Source: Nemertoderma westbladi
Lineage: Eukaryota; Animalia; Xenacoelomorpha
DNA length: 64,000 nt
NCBI GenBank assembly: GCA_032718475.1
Contig: JAUCBJ010004672.1
Coordinates: 1 to 64,000, forward strand
Reading direction: 5' to 3'
Shown: positions 38,601 to 50,196 of the stretch, piece by piece
How positions within the stretch are numbered: position 1 is the first letter of the stretch
How the letters are laid out: the number at the start of each line of letters is the position of its first letter
Notes under the pieces: generated by a model
What the model was told of the DNA's origin: nothing
What the model saw: the letters and a program-made list of their open reading frames with translations, nothing else
Database searches by the model: none
Translations under genes and position numbers: made by a program

Positions 38601-41600
38601 TCTGTGTGTTGGGGTCCAGTCCCCCATATGGTGGGTTATATTGTAAGTAACGACTAGAGGCTCTGTGTGTCGGGGTCCAGTCACCCATGGTGGGTTATAT
38701 TGTAAGTAACGACTAGAGGCTCTGTGTGTCGGGGTCCAGTCACCCATAGTGGGTTATATTGTAAGTAACGACTAGAGGCTCTGTGTGTCGGGGTCCAGTC
38801 ACCCATAGTGGGTTATATTGTAAGTAACGACTAGAGGCTCTGTGTGTCGGGGTCCAGTCACCCATAGTGGGTTATATTGTAAGTAACGACTAGAGGCTCT
38901 GTGTGTTGGGGTCCAGTCCCCCATATGGTGGGTTATATTGTAAGTAACGACTAGAGGCTCTGTGTGTCGGGGTCCAGTCCCCCATATGGTGGGTTATATT
39001 GTAAGTAACGACTAGAGGCTCTGTGTGTCGGGGTCCAGTCACCCATGGTGGGTTATATTGTAAGTAACGACTATAGGCTCTGTGTGTCGGGGTCCAGTCA
39101 CCCATGGTGGGTTATATTGTAAGTAACGACTAGAGGCTCTGTGTGTCGGGGTCCAGTCACCCATGGTGGGTTATATTGTAAGTAACGACTAGAGGCTCTG
39201 TGTGTCGGGGTCCAGTCACCCATAGTGGGTTATATTGTAAGTAACGACTAGAGGCTCTGTGTGTTGGGGTCCAGTCCCCCATATGGTGGGTTATATTGTA
39301 AGTAACGACTAGAGGCTCTGTGTGTCGGGGTCCAGTCACCCATGGTGGGTTATATTGTAAGTAACGACTAGAGGCTCTGTGTGTCGGGGTCCAGTCACCC
39401 ATAGTGGGTTATATTGTAAGTAACGACTAGAGGCTCTGTGTGTTGGGGTCCAGTCCCCCATATGGTGGGTTATATTGTAAGTAACGACTAGAGGCTCTGT
39501 GTGTCGGGGTCCAGTCACCCATGGTGGGTTATATTGTAAGTAACGACTAGAGGCTCTGTGTGTCGGGGTCCAGTCACCCATGGTGGGTTATTGTAAGTAA
39601 CGACTAGAGGCTCTGTGTGTCGGGGTCCAGTCCCCCATATGGTGGGTTATATTGTAAGTAACGACTAGAGGCTCTGTGTGTCGGGGTCCAGTCACCCATA
39701 GTGGGTTATATTGTAAGTAACGACTAGAGGCTCTGTGTGTTGGGGTCCAGTCCCCCATATGGTGGGTTATATTGTAAGTAACGACTAGAGGCTCTGTGTG
39801 TCGGGATCCAGTCCCCCGTGGTGGGTTATATTGTAAGTAACGACCAGAGGCTCTGTGTGTCGGGGTCCAGTCCCCCATGGTGGGTTATTGTAAGTAACGA
39901 CTAGAGGCTCTGTGTGTCGGGGTCCAGTCCCCCATGGTGGGTTATTGTAAGTAACGACTAGAGGCTCTGTGTGTCGGGGTCCAGTCCCCCATGGTGGGTT
40001 ATTGTAAGTAACGACTAGAGGCTCTGTGTGTCGGGGTCCAGTCCCCCATGGTGGGTTATTGTAAGTAACGACTAGAGGCTCTGTGTGTTGGGGTCCAGTC
40101 CCCCATATGGTGGGTTATATTGTAAGTAACGACTAGAGGCTCTGTGTGTCGGGATCCAGTCCCCCATATGGTGGGTTATATTGTAAGTAACGACTAGAGG
40201 CTCTGTGTGTTGGGGTCCAGTCCCCCATATGGTGGGTTATATTGTAAGTAACGACTAGAGGCTCTGTGTGTTGGGGTCCAGTCCCCCATATGGTGGGTTA
40301 TATTGTAAGTAACGACTAGAGGCTCTGTGTGTCGGGATCCAGTCCCCCGTGGTGGGTTATATTGTAAGTAACGACCAGAGGCTCTGTGTGTCGGGGTCCA
40401 GTCCCCCATGGTGGGTTATTGTAAGTAACGACTAGAGGCTCTGTGTGTCGGGGTCCAGTCCCCCATGGTGGGTTATATTGTAAGTAACGACTAGAGGCTC
40501 TGTGTGTCGGGGTCCAGTCCCCCATGGTGGGTTATTGTAAATAATGACTAGAGGCTCTGTGTGTCGGGGTCCAGTCCCCCATGGTGGGTTATTGTAAGTA
40601 ACGACTAGAGGCTCTGTGTGTCGGGGTCCAGTCCCCCATATGGTGGGTTATATTGTAAGTAACGACTAGAGGCTCTGTGTGTCGGGGTCCAGTCCCCCAT
40701 GGTGGGTTATATTGTAAGTAACGACCAGAGGCTCTGTGTGTCGGGGTCCAGTCCCCCATGGTGGGTTATATTGTAAGTAACGACTAGAGGCTCTGTGTGT
40801 CGGGGTCCAGTCCCCCATGGTGGGTTATATTGTAAGTAACGACTAGAGGCTCTGTGTGTCGGGGTCCAGTCACCCATGGTGGGTTATTGTAAGTAACGAC
40901 TAGAGGCTCTGTGTGTCGGGGTCCAGTCCCCCATGGTGGGTTATATTGTAAGTAACGACCAGAGGCTCTGTGTGTCGGGGTCCAGTCCCCCATGGTGGGT
41001 TATATTGTAAGTAACGACTAGAGGCTCTGTGTGTCGGGGTCCAGTCCCCCATGGTGGGTTATATTGTAAGTAACGACTAGAGGCTCTGTGTGTCGGGGTC
41101 CAGTCACCCATGGTGTGTTATATTGTAAGTAACGACTAGAGGCTCTGTGTGTCGGGGTCCAGTCCCCCATGGTGGGTTATATTGTAAGTAAAGACTAGAG
41201 GCTCTGTGTGTCGGGGTCCAGTCCCCCATGGTGGGTTATATTGTAAGTAAAGACTAGAGGCTCTGTGTGTCGGGGTCCAGTCCCCCATGGTGGGTTATAT
41301 TGTAAGTAACGACTAGAGGCTCTGTGTGTCGGGGTCCAGTCCCCCATGGTGGGTTATTGTAAGTAACGACTAGAGGCTCTGTGTGTCGGGGTCCAGTCCC
41401 CCATGGTGGGTTATATTGTAAGTAACGACTAGAGGCTCTGTGTGTCGGGGTCCAGTCCCCCATGGTGGGTTATTGTAAGTAACGACTAGAGGCTCTGTGT
41501 GTCGGGGTCCAGTCCCCCATGGTGGGTTATATTGTAAGTAACGACTAGAGGCTCTGTGTGTCGGGGTCCAGTCCCCCATGGTGGGTTATTGTAAGTAACG

Positions 41601-43233
41601 ACTAGAGGCTCTGTGTGTCGGGGTCCAGTCCCCCATAGGTGGGTTATATTGTAAGTAACGACTAGAGGCTCTGTGTGTCGGGGTCCAGTCCCCCATGGTG
41701 GGTTATATTGTAAGTAACGACTAGAGGCTCTGTGTGTCGGGGTCCAGTCCCCCATGGTGGGTTATATTGTAAGTAAAGACTAGAGGCTCTGTGTGTCGGG
41801 GTCCAGTCCCCCATGGTGGGTTATATTGTAAGTAAAGACTAGAGGCTCTGTGTGTCGGGGTCCAGTCCCCCATGGTGGGTTATATTGTAAGTAACGACTA
41901 GAGGCTCTGTGTGTCGGGGTCCAGTCCCCCATGGTGGGTTATTGTAAGTAACGACTAGAGGCTCTGTGTGTCGGGGTCCAGTCCCCCATGGTGGGTTATA
42001 TTGTAAGTAACGACTAGAGGCTCTGTGTGTCGGGGTCCAGTCCCCCATGGTGGGTTATATTGTAAGTAAAGACTAGAGGCTCTGTGTGTCGGGGTCCAGT
42101 CCCCCATGGTGGGTTATTGTAAGTAACGACTAGAGGCTCTGTGTGTCGGGGTCCAGTCCCCCATGGTGGGTTATATTGTAAGTAACGACTAGAGGCTCTG
42201 TGTGTCGGGGTCCAGTCCCCCATGGTGGGTTATTGTAAGTAACGACTAGAGGCTCTGTGTGTCGGGGTCCAGTCCCCCATGGTGGGTTATTGTAAGTAAC
42301 GACTAGACCCTCTGTGTGTCGGGGTCCAGTCCCCCATGGTGGGTTATATTGTAAGTAACGACTAGAGGCTCTGTGTGTCGGGGTCCAGTCCCCCATGGTG
42401 GGTTATATTGTAAGTAACGACTAGAGGCTCTGTGTGTCGGGGTCCAGTCCCCCATGGTGGGTTATTGTAAGTAACGACTAGAGGCTCTGTGTGTCGGGGT
42501 CCAGTCCCCCATGGTGGGTTATTGTAAGTAACGACTAGACCCTCTGTGTGTCGGGGTCCAGTCCCCCATGGTGGGTTATATTGTAAGTAACGACTAGAGG
42601 CTCTGTGTGTCGGGGGGTCCAGTCCCCCATGGTGGGTTATATTGTAAGTAACGACTAGAGGCTCTGTGTGTCGGGGTCCAGTCCCCCATGGTGGGTTATA
42701 TTGTAAGTAACGACTAGAGGCTCTGTGTATCGGGGTCCAGTCCCCCATGGTGGGTTATATTGTAAGTAACGACTAGAGGCTCTGTGTGTCGGGGTCCAGT
42801 CCCCCATGGTGGGTTATATTGTAAGTAACGACTAGAGGCTCTGTGTGTCGGGGTCCAGTCCCCCATGGTGGGTTATATTGTAAGTAACGACTAGAGGCTC
42901 TGTGTGTCGGGGTCCAGTCCCCCATGGTGGGTTATATTGTAAGTAACGACTAGAGGCTCTGTGTATCGGGGTCCAGTCCCCCATGGTGGGTTATATTGTA
43001 AGTAACGACTAGAGGCTCTGTGTGTCGGGGTCCAGTCCCCCATGGTGGGTTATATTGTAAGTAACGACTAGAGGCTCTGTGTGTCGGGGTCCAGTCCCCC
43101 ATGGTGGGTTATATTGTAAGTAACGACTAGAGGCTCTGTGTGTCGGGGTCCAGTCCCCCATGGTGGGTTATATTGTAAGTAACGACTAGAGGCTCTGTGT
43201 GTCGGGGTCCAGTCCCCCATGGTGGGTTATTGT
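29679..43233. repeat. 59-bp satellite array, about 230 copies (57- and 61-bp variants), within hnRNP L intron 5
   Basis: Unit CGGGGTCCAGTCCCCCATGGTGGGTTATATTGTAAGTAACGACTAGAGGCTCTGTGTGT. Confidence 0.98.
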
Positions 43234-43296
43234 CAATAAGAAGTGGCTGAAGCGTCGAATAATGAATTAATTTATCATTAATTCTTGCGGTTATAG

Positions 43297-43392
43297 GGTT
43301 TGAGAAGACAGCTCTGCTTTCTACTCCATCTGGGATGCCAGCTGACGATAGACACGGCCCGATTGGTCAGTCAATGTCCCGTCCGGCAGTAG
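43297..43392 (+). CDS. HNRNPL: hnRNP L-like exon 6 (linker)
   Basis: TTATAG| (R)FEKTALLSTPSGMPADDRHGPIGQSMSRPAV |GTGAGT; 96 nt, phase 1 to 1, open and compatible with both neighbours. Confidence 0.75.
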   Translation, partial: GLRRQLCFLLHLGCQLTIDTARLVSQCPVRQ

Positions 43393-44438
43393 GTGAGTGC
43401 GATAACATTTGCCCCCTAATATTAACTAATATTATCTTAGTATTAACTTTTTTTTTGAAAAAAATGGTTTTATTCGGTAAATAGAAATATTTTGTAGGTT
43501 GAAAATGTATAACTTTATACGGCGGGTGGGAATATTTTCTTAGTATGAACTCTGCGTAACATCCGCTATACTAGCTGGATTTCCGAAAGTACGTATTTAC
43601 CAACATTCGTTGCTGTATAAATAAATGTAAAAATGACATAAATTATGTTATAAATAAGTTAGCTTATATTTATGGTGGCGTTTGGAGCCATGTTAATAAT
43701 ATAGCTGCTACTGGTTATTAGTAGCTATATCCCGCCTACAGGTAGGTAATGCAGTCGCCCTCGAGGCATTTTATTTACCGAGCGCTAGCGAGGTTACGTT
43801 TATTCCTATGTAATACGTAAATATATAAAACATCCACAATTGAAAAAAACACTATAGCTACCTCGTAAAATTAACATCTAACGGGAATTCAATAAACAAA
43901 TTCATTGCAAATTTATGAAGAATTTGTATTTCTTAAATATTTTTAAAGTATTTTATAGCGCTTATTGATACTTCTTACAGATGCTAATTCGTTTATTGTT
44001 TTGGTTAGATTCAACCCTTCTTTAACCTGGTTTTTTCTGAAAACCTGGTATTCTTCACTTTGTGGTAAACTGCAAAGTGAAATAGAAATATAACATCAAA
44101 AAGTACACTATACAGCATGCCAACACATTGTTACTATCAATAATCAAAAAGTCTGGTATATACTAAGTAATATGGGCAGCTGTATTATTATAAAAGTATT
44201 GCATTGTTGCCCAGCTACGTATAGAGATAAATAACATGTTCCAGAATTATTTGTATTTTTAGTAATTTGAATAATAAAACATGGCCCCAAGGCTTCCTCT
44301 CTGTTAACTAGTAACTCCGGCTGAATGCCCTAGAGTTTGGGACGCCAGGCTCTAAACGGTGCTGTTCTAAATATATATAATATCAAACCCAGTAGTCGCC
44401 TATTAATTACAACTAATTATCTATTTGGCTAATTAAAT

Positions 44439-45317
44439 ATGCTAATAATGTCTACAAACATCTTCATATACCAAGTTACTATGCTGTTTTACGTTCTGAG
44501 TATTTTAATATTGTCACAAATAACAACTACTGTAACACTTGAGGACAAATGTCTCGACAAGAAATGTTCCTGCACAGATAACCTCAGATGCGAAGTGAAT
44601 AGTGTTGCTAAATACTGTTTGTATATGGGGATTACCCTGAAACACTACTGTGTTGAATGCACGGATGACATACACTGCAAGGATGGCATTAGGCCTATAT
44701 GCGGCAAATCTTTATATCGGTGTGTCCAATGCCGCGAAGAAACCCACTGTACGACGGATAAACCTAGGTGTAATGCCTTTGGTCAGTGCGACAACGCTGT
44801 TGGTGAGGACAGTGGCGTCCATGATCTCGGTATATCGTTATTCATACTGAGTATAGTTGTGCCGATATTAGTCTGCGTTGTTCTCTGCGTCTGCGTCCCG
44901 ATATGGGTGGTTGTTTACAACAGGAGGAGGAGGGAACGAAGGAATCTGTTAGCGACGTCAGGGGCAATGGGACAAGGGATGGGACCACAGGGTATGATGG
45001 GACCACAAGGTATGGTGGGACCACAAGGGATGGTGGGACCGGGAATGATGGGACCACAAGGTATGGTGGGACCACAAGGTATGGTGGGACCACAAGGTAT
45101 GGTGGGACCACAAGGTATGGTGGGACCACAAGGTATGGTGGGACCACAAGGTATGGTGGGACCACAAGGTATGATGGGACCCAGTTATGGACCTCCGCCA
45201 CCAGATTATTCTGCCGCACCTCCGGCTTATGGACCCCGATTCACAGATATCGAGAAGATCGAGGGCGACGAATCAACGTCTGCGCCCAAACCGATCCAAC
45301 AGGAGACCAGTGTTTAA
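44439..45317 (+). CDS. Nested intronless gene A: Cys-rich type I membrane protein with PQGMVG repeats, PPxY motifs and C-terminal ETSV
   Basis: 292-aa ORF: hydrophobic N-terminus, CVxCxxxxHC..P.C repeats, TM segment, RRRRERR, Pro/Gly/Met hexapeptide repeats, PPDY and PPAY; AATAAA near 45468; paralogue downstream. Confidence 0.85.
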   Translation: MLIMSTNIFIYQVTMLFYVLSILILSQITTTVTLEDKCLDKKCSCTDNLRCEVNSVAKYCLYMGITLKHYCVECTDDIHCKDGIRPICGKSLYRCVQCREETHCTTDKPRCNAFGQCDNAVGEDSGVHDLGISLFILSIVVPILVCVVLCVCVPIWVVVYNRRRRERRNLLATSGAMGQGMGPQGMMGPQGMVGPQGMVGPGMMGPQGMVGPQGMVGPQGMVGPQGMVGPQGMVGPQGMVGPQGMMGPSYGPPPPDYSAAPPAYGPRFTDIEKIEGDESTSAPKPIQQETSV

Positions 45318-46083
45318 TAGCTGCGCCTAGTGTAACTAAATCTCATGATTTTACTGGGAACTCTGTGTAACAATATAGTATTGGAGCACTTACCAACCCA
45401 CACCCTGACACCCACTTCATGCCCAAGTGCCGTTAGCAACCTACATTGTAGTGTTATTGTATTTTTTAATAAACATATTTATTTATTATTATTCATTTTT
45501 TTCGCTCGAATTTACCACAAAAATCCTAGGGAAAAATTAACCCATAGGATTGCATAGGATTTACATAGGATTTACTTTTTTCCCGTCGAAAAAAAGTAAA
45601 CAAATTTTGGTGGAATTTCTTAAATTTTATTACATGTGTTCAAGGAGCAACGACGTAGAAAAGGTTTGCAAGTAATTTAAGCAAAATTACGTATTATATG
45701 GGGAAATAAAAGTAGAACATATTTTTTTCCTATGTAATAAATAATTTTTGTTTGCGTAGAAAAGTCCAAAAGTGGGTACCTGTACCCATAACATAGTAAT
45801 ACCGCCACATTTTATATATACCAGCTTACTTTTATGATAACCATGACATTTAATGCCGACAATATATTCTAGAACATTTCAAGAGCAAAAATACAATACA
45901 AATGGTTATAATTATTACCAATAGAAATATAGCAGTATAAGCGGGATTATATTATTTAGCCGCTGGCTGGTTGAATCACACAATTGATATGATTACCAAC
46001 CCAGTCTGTGCGTACTTTATGTAATTAGTGTGTATAATATCGAACCCAGTAAATAATTTAGTATCTCTTTGGTTAATTAAATT

Positions 46084-46698
46084 ATGTTGTTGATGAAATC
46101 AAGAAACTGCTTATTATACGAAGTTACTCTGATGTTTTATGGTATAAGTATCGGACATTGTTACTTTGGACCAAAATGCAATTGTGATGAACTTAAACCC
46201 ATCTGTACCGAGAACAAAAAATGCGTTGAGTGCGAGGATGACTCGCATTGCAATGCAAATAAACCCATTTGCCATCCCATGGGGGGAGAATGCGTCGAGT
46301 GCCTCAAAAAAGATCACTGCAAATTGGAAGATAAACCCGTATGTGAGAATTTCGAATGCGCCCCTGGTCCGCTTACTACAACACCACTGCCTCCAGGTAT
46401 TAAAGTAGCTGGCTTGGGTTTGGGTGTGTTTATCATTGTTGTTATTATACCGGGTTTAGTTTGCAGTTTTTTCTCCGTAGTTGTTCCAATGTCGTTAATG
46501 GAACGCAGAAGGAATCAATGGGCACGGGGAAACCAGTGGGTGTCGCCAGAGATGGTGGGACAGCCAGGGTTGGTGGGACAGCCAGGGTTGGTGGGACAGC
46601 CAGGGTTGGTGGGACAGCCAGGGTTGGTGGGACCGCCAGGGTTGGTAATGCCGCCGACTGGGTACCCACTTCCTGGGACAGATGATGACTCATGGTAA
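46084..46698 (+). CDS. Nested intronless gene B: paralogue of gene A with GQPGLV repeats and a truncated tail
   Basis: 204-aa ORF with the same architecture (CVECEDDSHC, CVECLKKDHC, TM, ERRR); upstream and 3' flanks align with gene A; AATAAA near 46913. Confidence 0.8.
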   Translation: MLLMKSRNCLLYEVTLMFYGISIGHCYFGPKCNCDELKPICTENKKCVECEDDSHCNANKPICHPMGGECVECLKKDHCKLEDKPVCENFECAPGPLTTTPLPPGIKVAGLGLGVFIIVVIIPGLVCSFFSVVVPMSLMERRRNQWARGNQWVSPEMVGQPGLVGQPGLVGQPGLVGQPGLVGPPGLVMPPTGYPLPGTDDDSW

Positions 46699-47029
46699 GG
46701 AATAAACGCTTCCGCACAAACCGGTCCAACAGGAGACGAGTGTTTAATAGCTGCGCCTAGTTGTACCTATTTCTGTGTACAACCATCTGCTCGTTACGTT
46801 ACCAAGGACAATCAACTTTGTTACCATAGTAATATTGTTCTATGTTGATATGCTTTGCTACGCTCAAATAATATATTTTTTTTAGTAAATGCCATAACAT
46901 ATTTTAAACATTAATAAATAAAAAGACCATCGAAAGTGATGATCAGAAAAACTTTTAATTAAAGTGGGGCAGTCCAAGTAATACCGTTCCTTTTCGTTGT
47001 AATTGAAACAACAGTTAAATATTTAGTGT

Positions 47030-47109
47030 TGATTGATAGTAATTGTGATTGATAGTAATTGTGATTGATAGTAATTGTGATTGATAGTAATTGTGATTGA
47101 TAGTAATTG
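47030..47109. repeat. 16-bp minisatellite
   Basis: GATTGATAGTAATTGT, about 5 copies. Confidence 0.85.
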
Positions 47110-47800
47110 CTCAAATAATAATGTTTTTAGGGGAAGAACATTAAAACCTATAAATGGCCAATAATTGGTTTTCAGTTCAGTTGCTATCATAGCGTTTTGA
47201 ACGGGTTCTTGTTAAATATCTGAACTGTTTGAATTACCAATGCTGATGGGGATGGGTGAGCGATGTTTTGGGTGGCTACATGCTTATCAACCGTTGCGGA
47301 AAATTTTCAAAAATTGCAAACTTTAATCAAATTCATTTTCATTAATTTATTGTTTGTGATTTATTTGATTTCAATAATAAATTACTTTATCAGAGTTATT
47401 AACTTTCAATATTCGGGAATCCTCATCTCAATGATAGACAATCACGCCCAAAGGCCCCGTCGCAAATTATATTTGAACAATTTCTAAACTTTTGACAGAC
47501 TACATTGTTAACTCTTGTGTTCTGGAGAATACAGATTGTTTAGTGTCATCACAAATACAGTCTGTGGTCTAGTAAGTATCTGCCAAGTTAAAATTGAACG
47601 GAAAACAAACTTGGAATTGCGACCGAAGGTTAGCACTTTCAGACAATTTCTTCCTCTAGCGGCAGACCGGAGAACTGCAAAATCACTATTGCCTAAACTT
47701 TTGACAGACTATCCTACGTGTTTGGTTACATTTGATCGAGTTATTAACGATGAAATATTCAGAACAACTGTTCGAATGAGTGACAGGTTGATAAATAATA

Positions 47801-49917
47801 CCGCTATGCTCCATCCCGCTATGCTCCATCCGGCTATGCTCCATACCGCTATGCTCCATCCCGCTATACTCCATCCCGCTATGCTCCATCCGGCTATGCT
47901 CCATCCCGCTATACTCCATCCCGCTATACTCCATACCGCTATGCTCCATCCCGCTATGCTCCATCCCGCTATGCTCCATCCCGCTATGCTCCATCCGGCT
48001 ATGCTCCATCCCGCTATGCTCCATCCCGCTATACTCCATACCGCTATGCTCCATCCCGCTATACTCCATCCCGCTATGCTCCATCCCGCTATACTCCATC
48101 CCGCTATGCTCCATCCCGCTATACTCCATCCCGCTATGCTCCATCCGGCTATGCTCCATACCGCTATACTCCATCCCGCTATGCTCCATCCCGCTATACT
48201 CCATCCCGCTATGCTCCATCCCGCTATGCTCCATACCGCTATACTCCATCCCGCTATGCTCCATCCCGCTATACTCCATCCCGCTATGCTCCATCCCGCT
48301 ATGCTCCATCCCGCTATGCTCCATCCCGCTATGCTCCATCCGGCTATGCTCCATCCCGCTATGCTCCATCCCGCTATACTCCATCCCGCTATGCTCCATC
48401 CGGCTATGCTCCATCCCGCTATGCTCCATCCCGCTATACTCCATACCGCTATGCTCCATCCCGCTATACTCCATCCCGCTATGCTCCATCCCGCTATACT
48501 CCATCCCGCTATGCTCCATCCCGCTATACTCCATCCCGCTATACTCCATCCCGCTATACTCCATCCCGCTATACTCCATCCCGCTATACTCCATCCCGCT
48601 ATACTCCATCCCGCTATGCTCCATCCCGCTATACTCCATCCCGCTATGCTCCATCCGGCTATGCTCCATACCGCTATACTCCATCCCGCTATGCTCCATC
48701 CCGCTATACTCCATCCAGCTATACTCCATACCGCTATGATCCATCCCGCTATGCTCCATCCCGCTATACTCCATCCCGCTATGCTCCATACCGCTATGCT
48801 CCATCCCGCTATACTCCATCCCGCTATACTCCATCCCGCTATACTCCATCCCGCTATGCTCCATCCCGCTATACTCCATCCCGCTATGCTCCATCCGGCT
48901 ATGCTCCATACCGCTATACTCCATCCCGCTATGCTCCATCCCGCTATGCTCCATCCAGCTATACTCCATACCGCTATGATCCATCCCGCTATGCTCCATC
49001 CCGCTATACTCCATCCCGCTATACTCCATCCCGCTATGCTCCATCCCGCTATACTCCATCCCGCTATGCTCCATCCCGCTATACTCCATCCCGCTATGCT
49101 CCATACCGCTATGCTCCATCCCGCTATACTCCATCCCGCTATACTCCATCCCGCTATACTCCATCCCGCTATGCTCCATACCGCTATGCTCCATCCCGCT
49201 ATACTCCATCCCGCTATACTCCATCCCGCTATACTCCATCCCGCTATACTCCATCCCGCTATGCTCCATCCCGCTATACTCCATCCCGCTATGCTCCATC
49301 CGGCTATGCTCCATACCGCTATACTCCATCCCGCTATGCTCCATCCCGCTATGCTCCATCCCGCTATGCTCCACCCCGCTATACTCCATCCCGCTATACT
49401 CCATCCCGCTATGCTCCATCCCGCTATGCTCCATCCCGCTATACTCCTTCCCGCTATGCTCCATCCCGCTATACTCCATCCCGCTATACTCCATCCCGCT
49501 ATGCTCCATCCCGCTATGCTCCACCCCGCTATACTCCATCCCGCTATACTCCATCCCGCTATGCTCCATCCCGCTATACTCCATCCCGCTATGCTCCATC
49601 CCGCTATACTCCATCCCGCTATGCTCCATCCGGCTATGCTCCATACCGCTATACTCCATCCCGCTATGCTCCATCCCGCTATGCTCCATCCCGCTATGCT
49701 CCACCCCGCTATACTCCATCCCGCTATACTCCATCCCGCTATGCTCCATCCCGCTATGCTCCATCCCGCTATACTCCTTCCCGCTATGCTCCATCCCGCT
49801 ATACTCCATCCCGCTATACTCCATCCCGCTATGCTCCACCCCGCTATGCTCCATCCCGCTATGCTCCATCCCGCTATGCTCCATCCCGCTATACTCCATC
49901 CCGCTATGCTCCATACC
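47801..49917. repeat. 15-bp satellite, about 140 copies, with higher-order blocks
   Basis: Unit CCGCTAT(G/A)CTCCATC; rare variants recur at 240-bp (about 48711/48951) and 330-bp (49441/49771) spacing. Confidence 0.98.
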
Positions 49918-50023
49918 ATTATGCTTATTAGCATACACATATAGCGGTCGGTAGACGGGGTTATAGAGTTGGGCAGTCTCTGATTGGTGGGTTATATTAT
50001 AACTGATGTGTTTGCGTACCTAG

Positions 50024-50196
50024 GTATGAACCCAATGGGCGGACCCCTGTCTCTAATGAGTCGAGACGCCCCCTACATAATGGGTCAGGAACGTTTTCCC
50101 GACGGTCGCCAGGGGGCGTTGAAGGAAATGATGCCAACCAGTGGCGATTTCTACAGAGGCGGTCGGCCCAACTTCAACAACGGAGGAACTGTTTAT
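50024..50196 (+). CDS. HNRNPL: hnRNP L-like exon 7 (Gly/Pro/Met-rich linker)
   Basis: CCTAG| (G)MNPMGGPLSLMSRDAPY...GGRPNFNNGGTVY |GTAAGT; phase 1 to 0, bridging exons 6 and 8. Confidence 0.78.

Noticed and set aside
29544-42748. Many short minus-strand ORFs in the 59-bp array
   Set aside because: Produced by 57/59/61-bp unit variants; no coding signal.
29679-43233. CRISPR-like array
   Set aside because: Units are head-to-tail with no unique spacers, no cas genes, and the context is eukaryotic. The same holds for the other arrays.
44960-45180. Collagen domain in gene A
   Set aside because: Gly recurs every third residue, but the tract follows the TM and poly-Arg segment (cytoplasmic side) and is a short Met/Val-rich 18-bp repeat; a triple helix is not supportable, although not excluded.
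44650-45370. Overlapping alternative-frame ORFs over nested gene A (and similarly gene B)
   Set aside because: Shadows of the 18-bp coding repeat; only the main frame gives a coherent signal/Cys/TM architecture conserved in the paralogue.
47515-49944. 809-, 750- and 743-aa ORFs (HPAML, MEHSG, WSIAG repeats)
   Set aside because: A 15-bp unit open on both strands; typical satellite artefact inside an intron.
49985-49998. TGGTGGGTTATATT shared between the exon 7 acceptor region and the 59-bp satellite
   Set aside because: Only 14 bp with no extension; cannot be distinguished from chance.
47801-50023. 15-bp satellite as a giant AG-exclusion zone for exon 7
   Set aside because: Several AG dinucleotides lie between the array end (49917) and the acceptor (50023).
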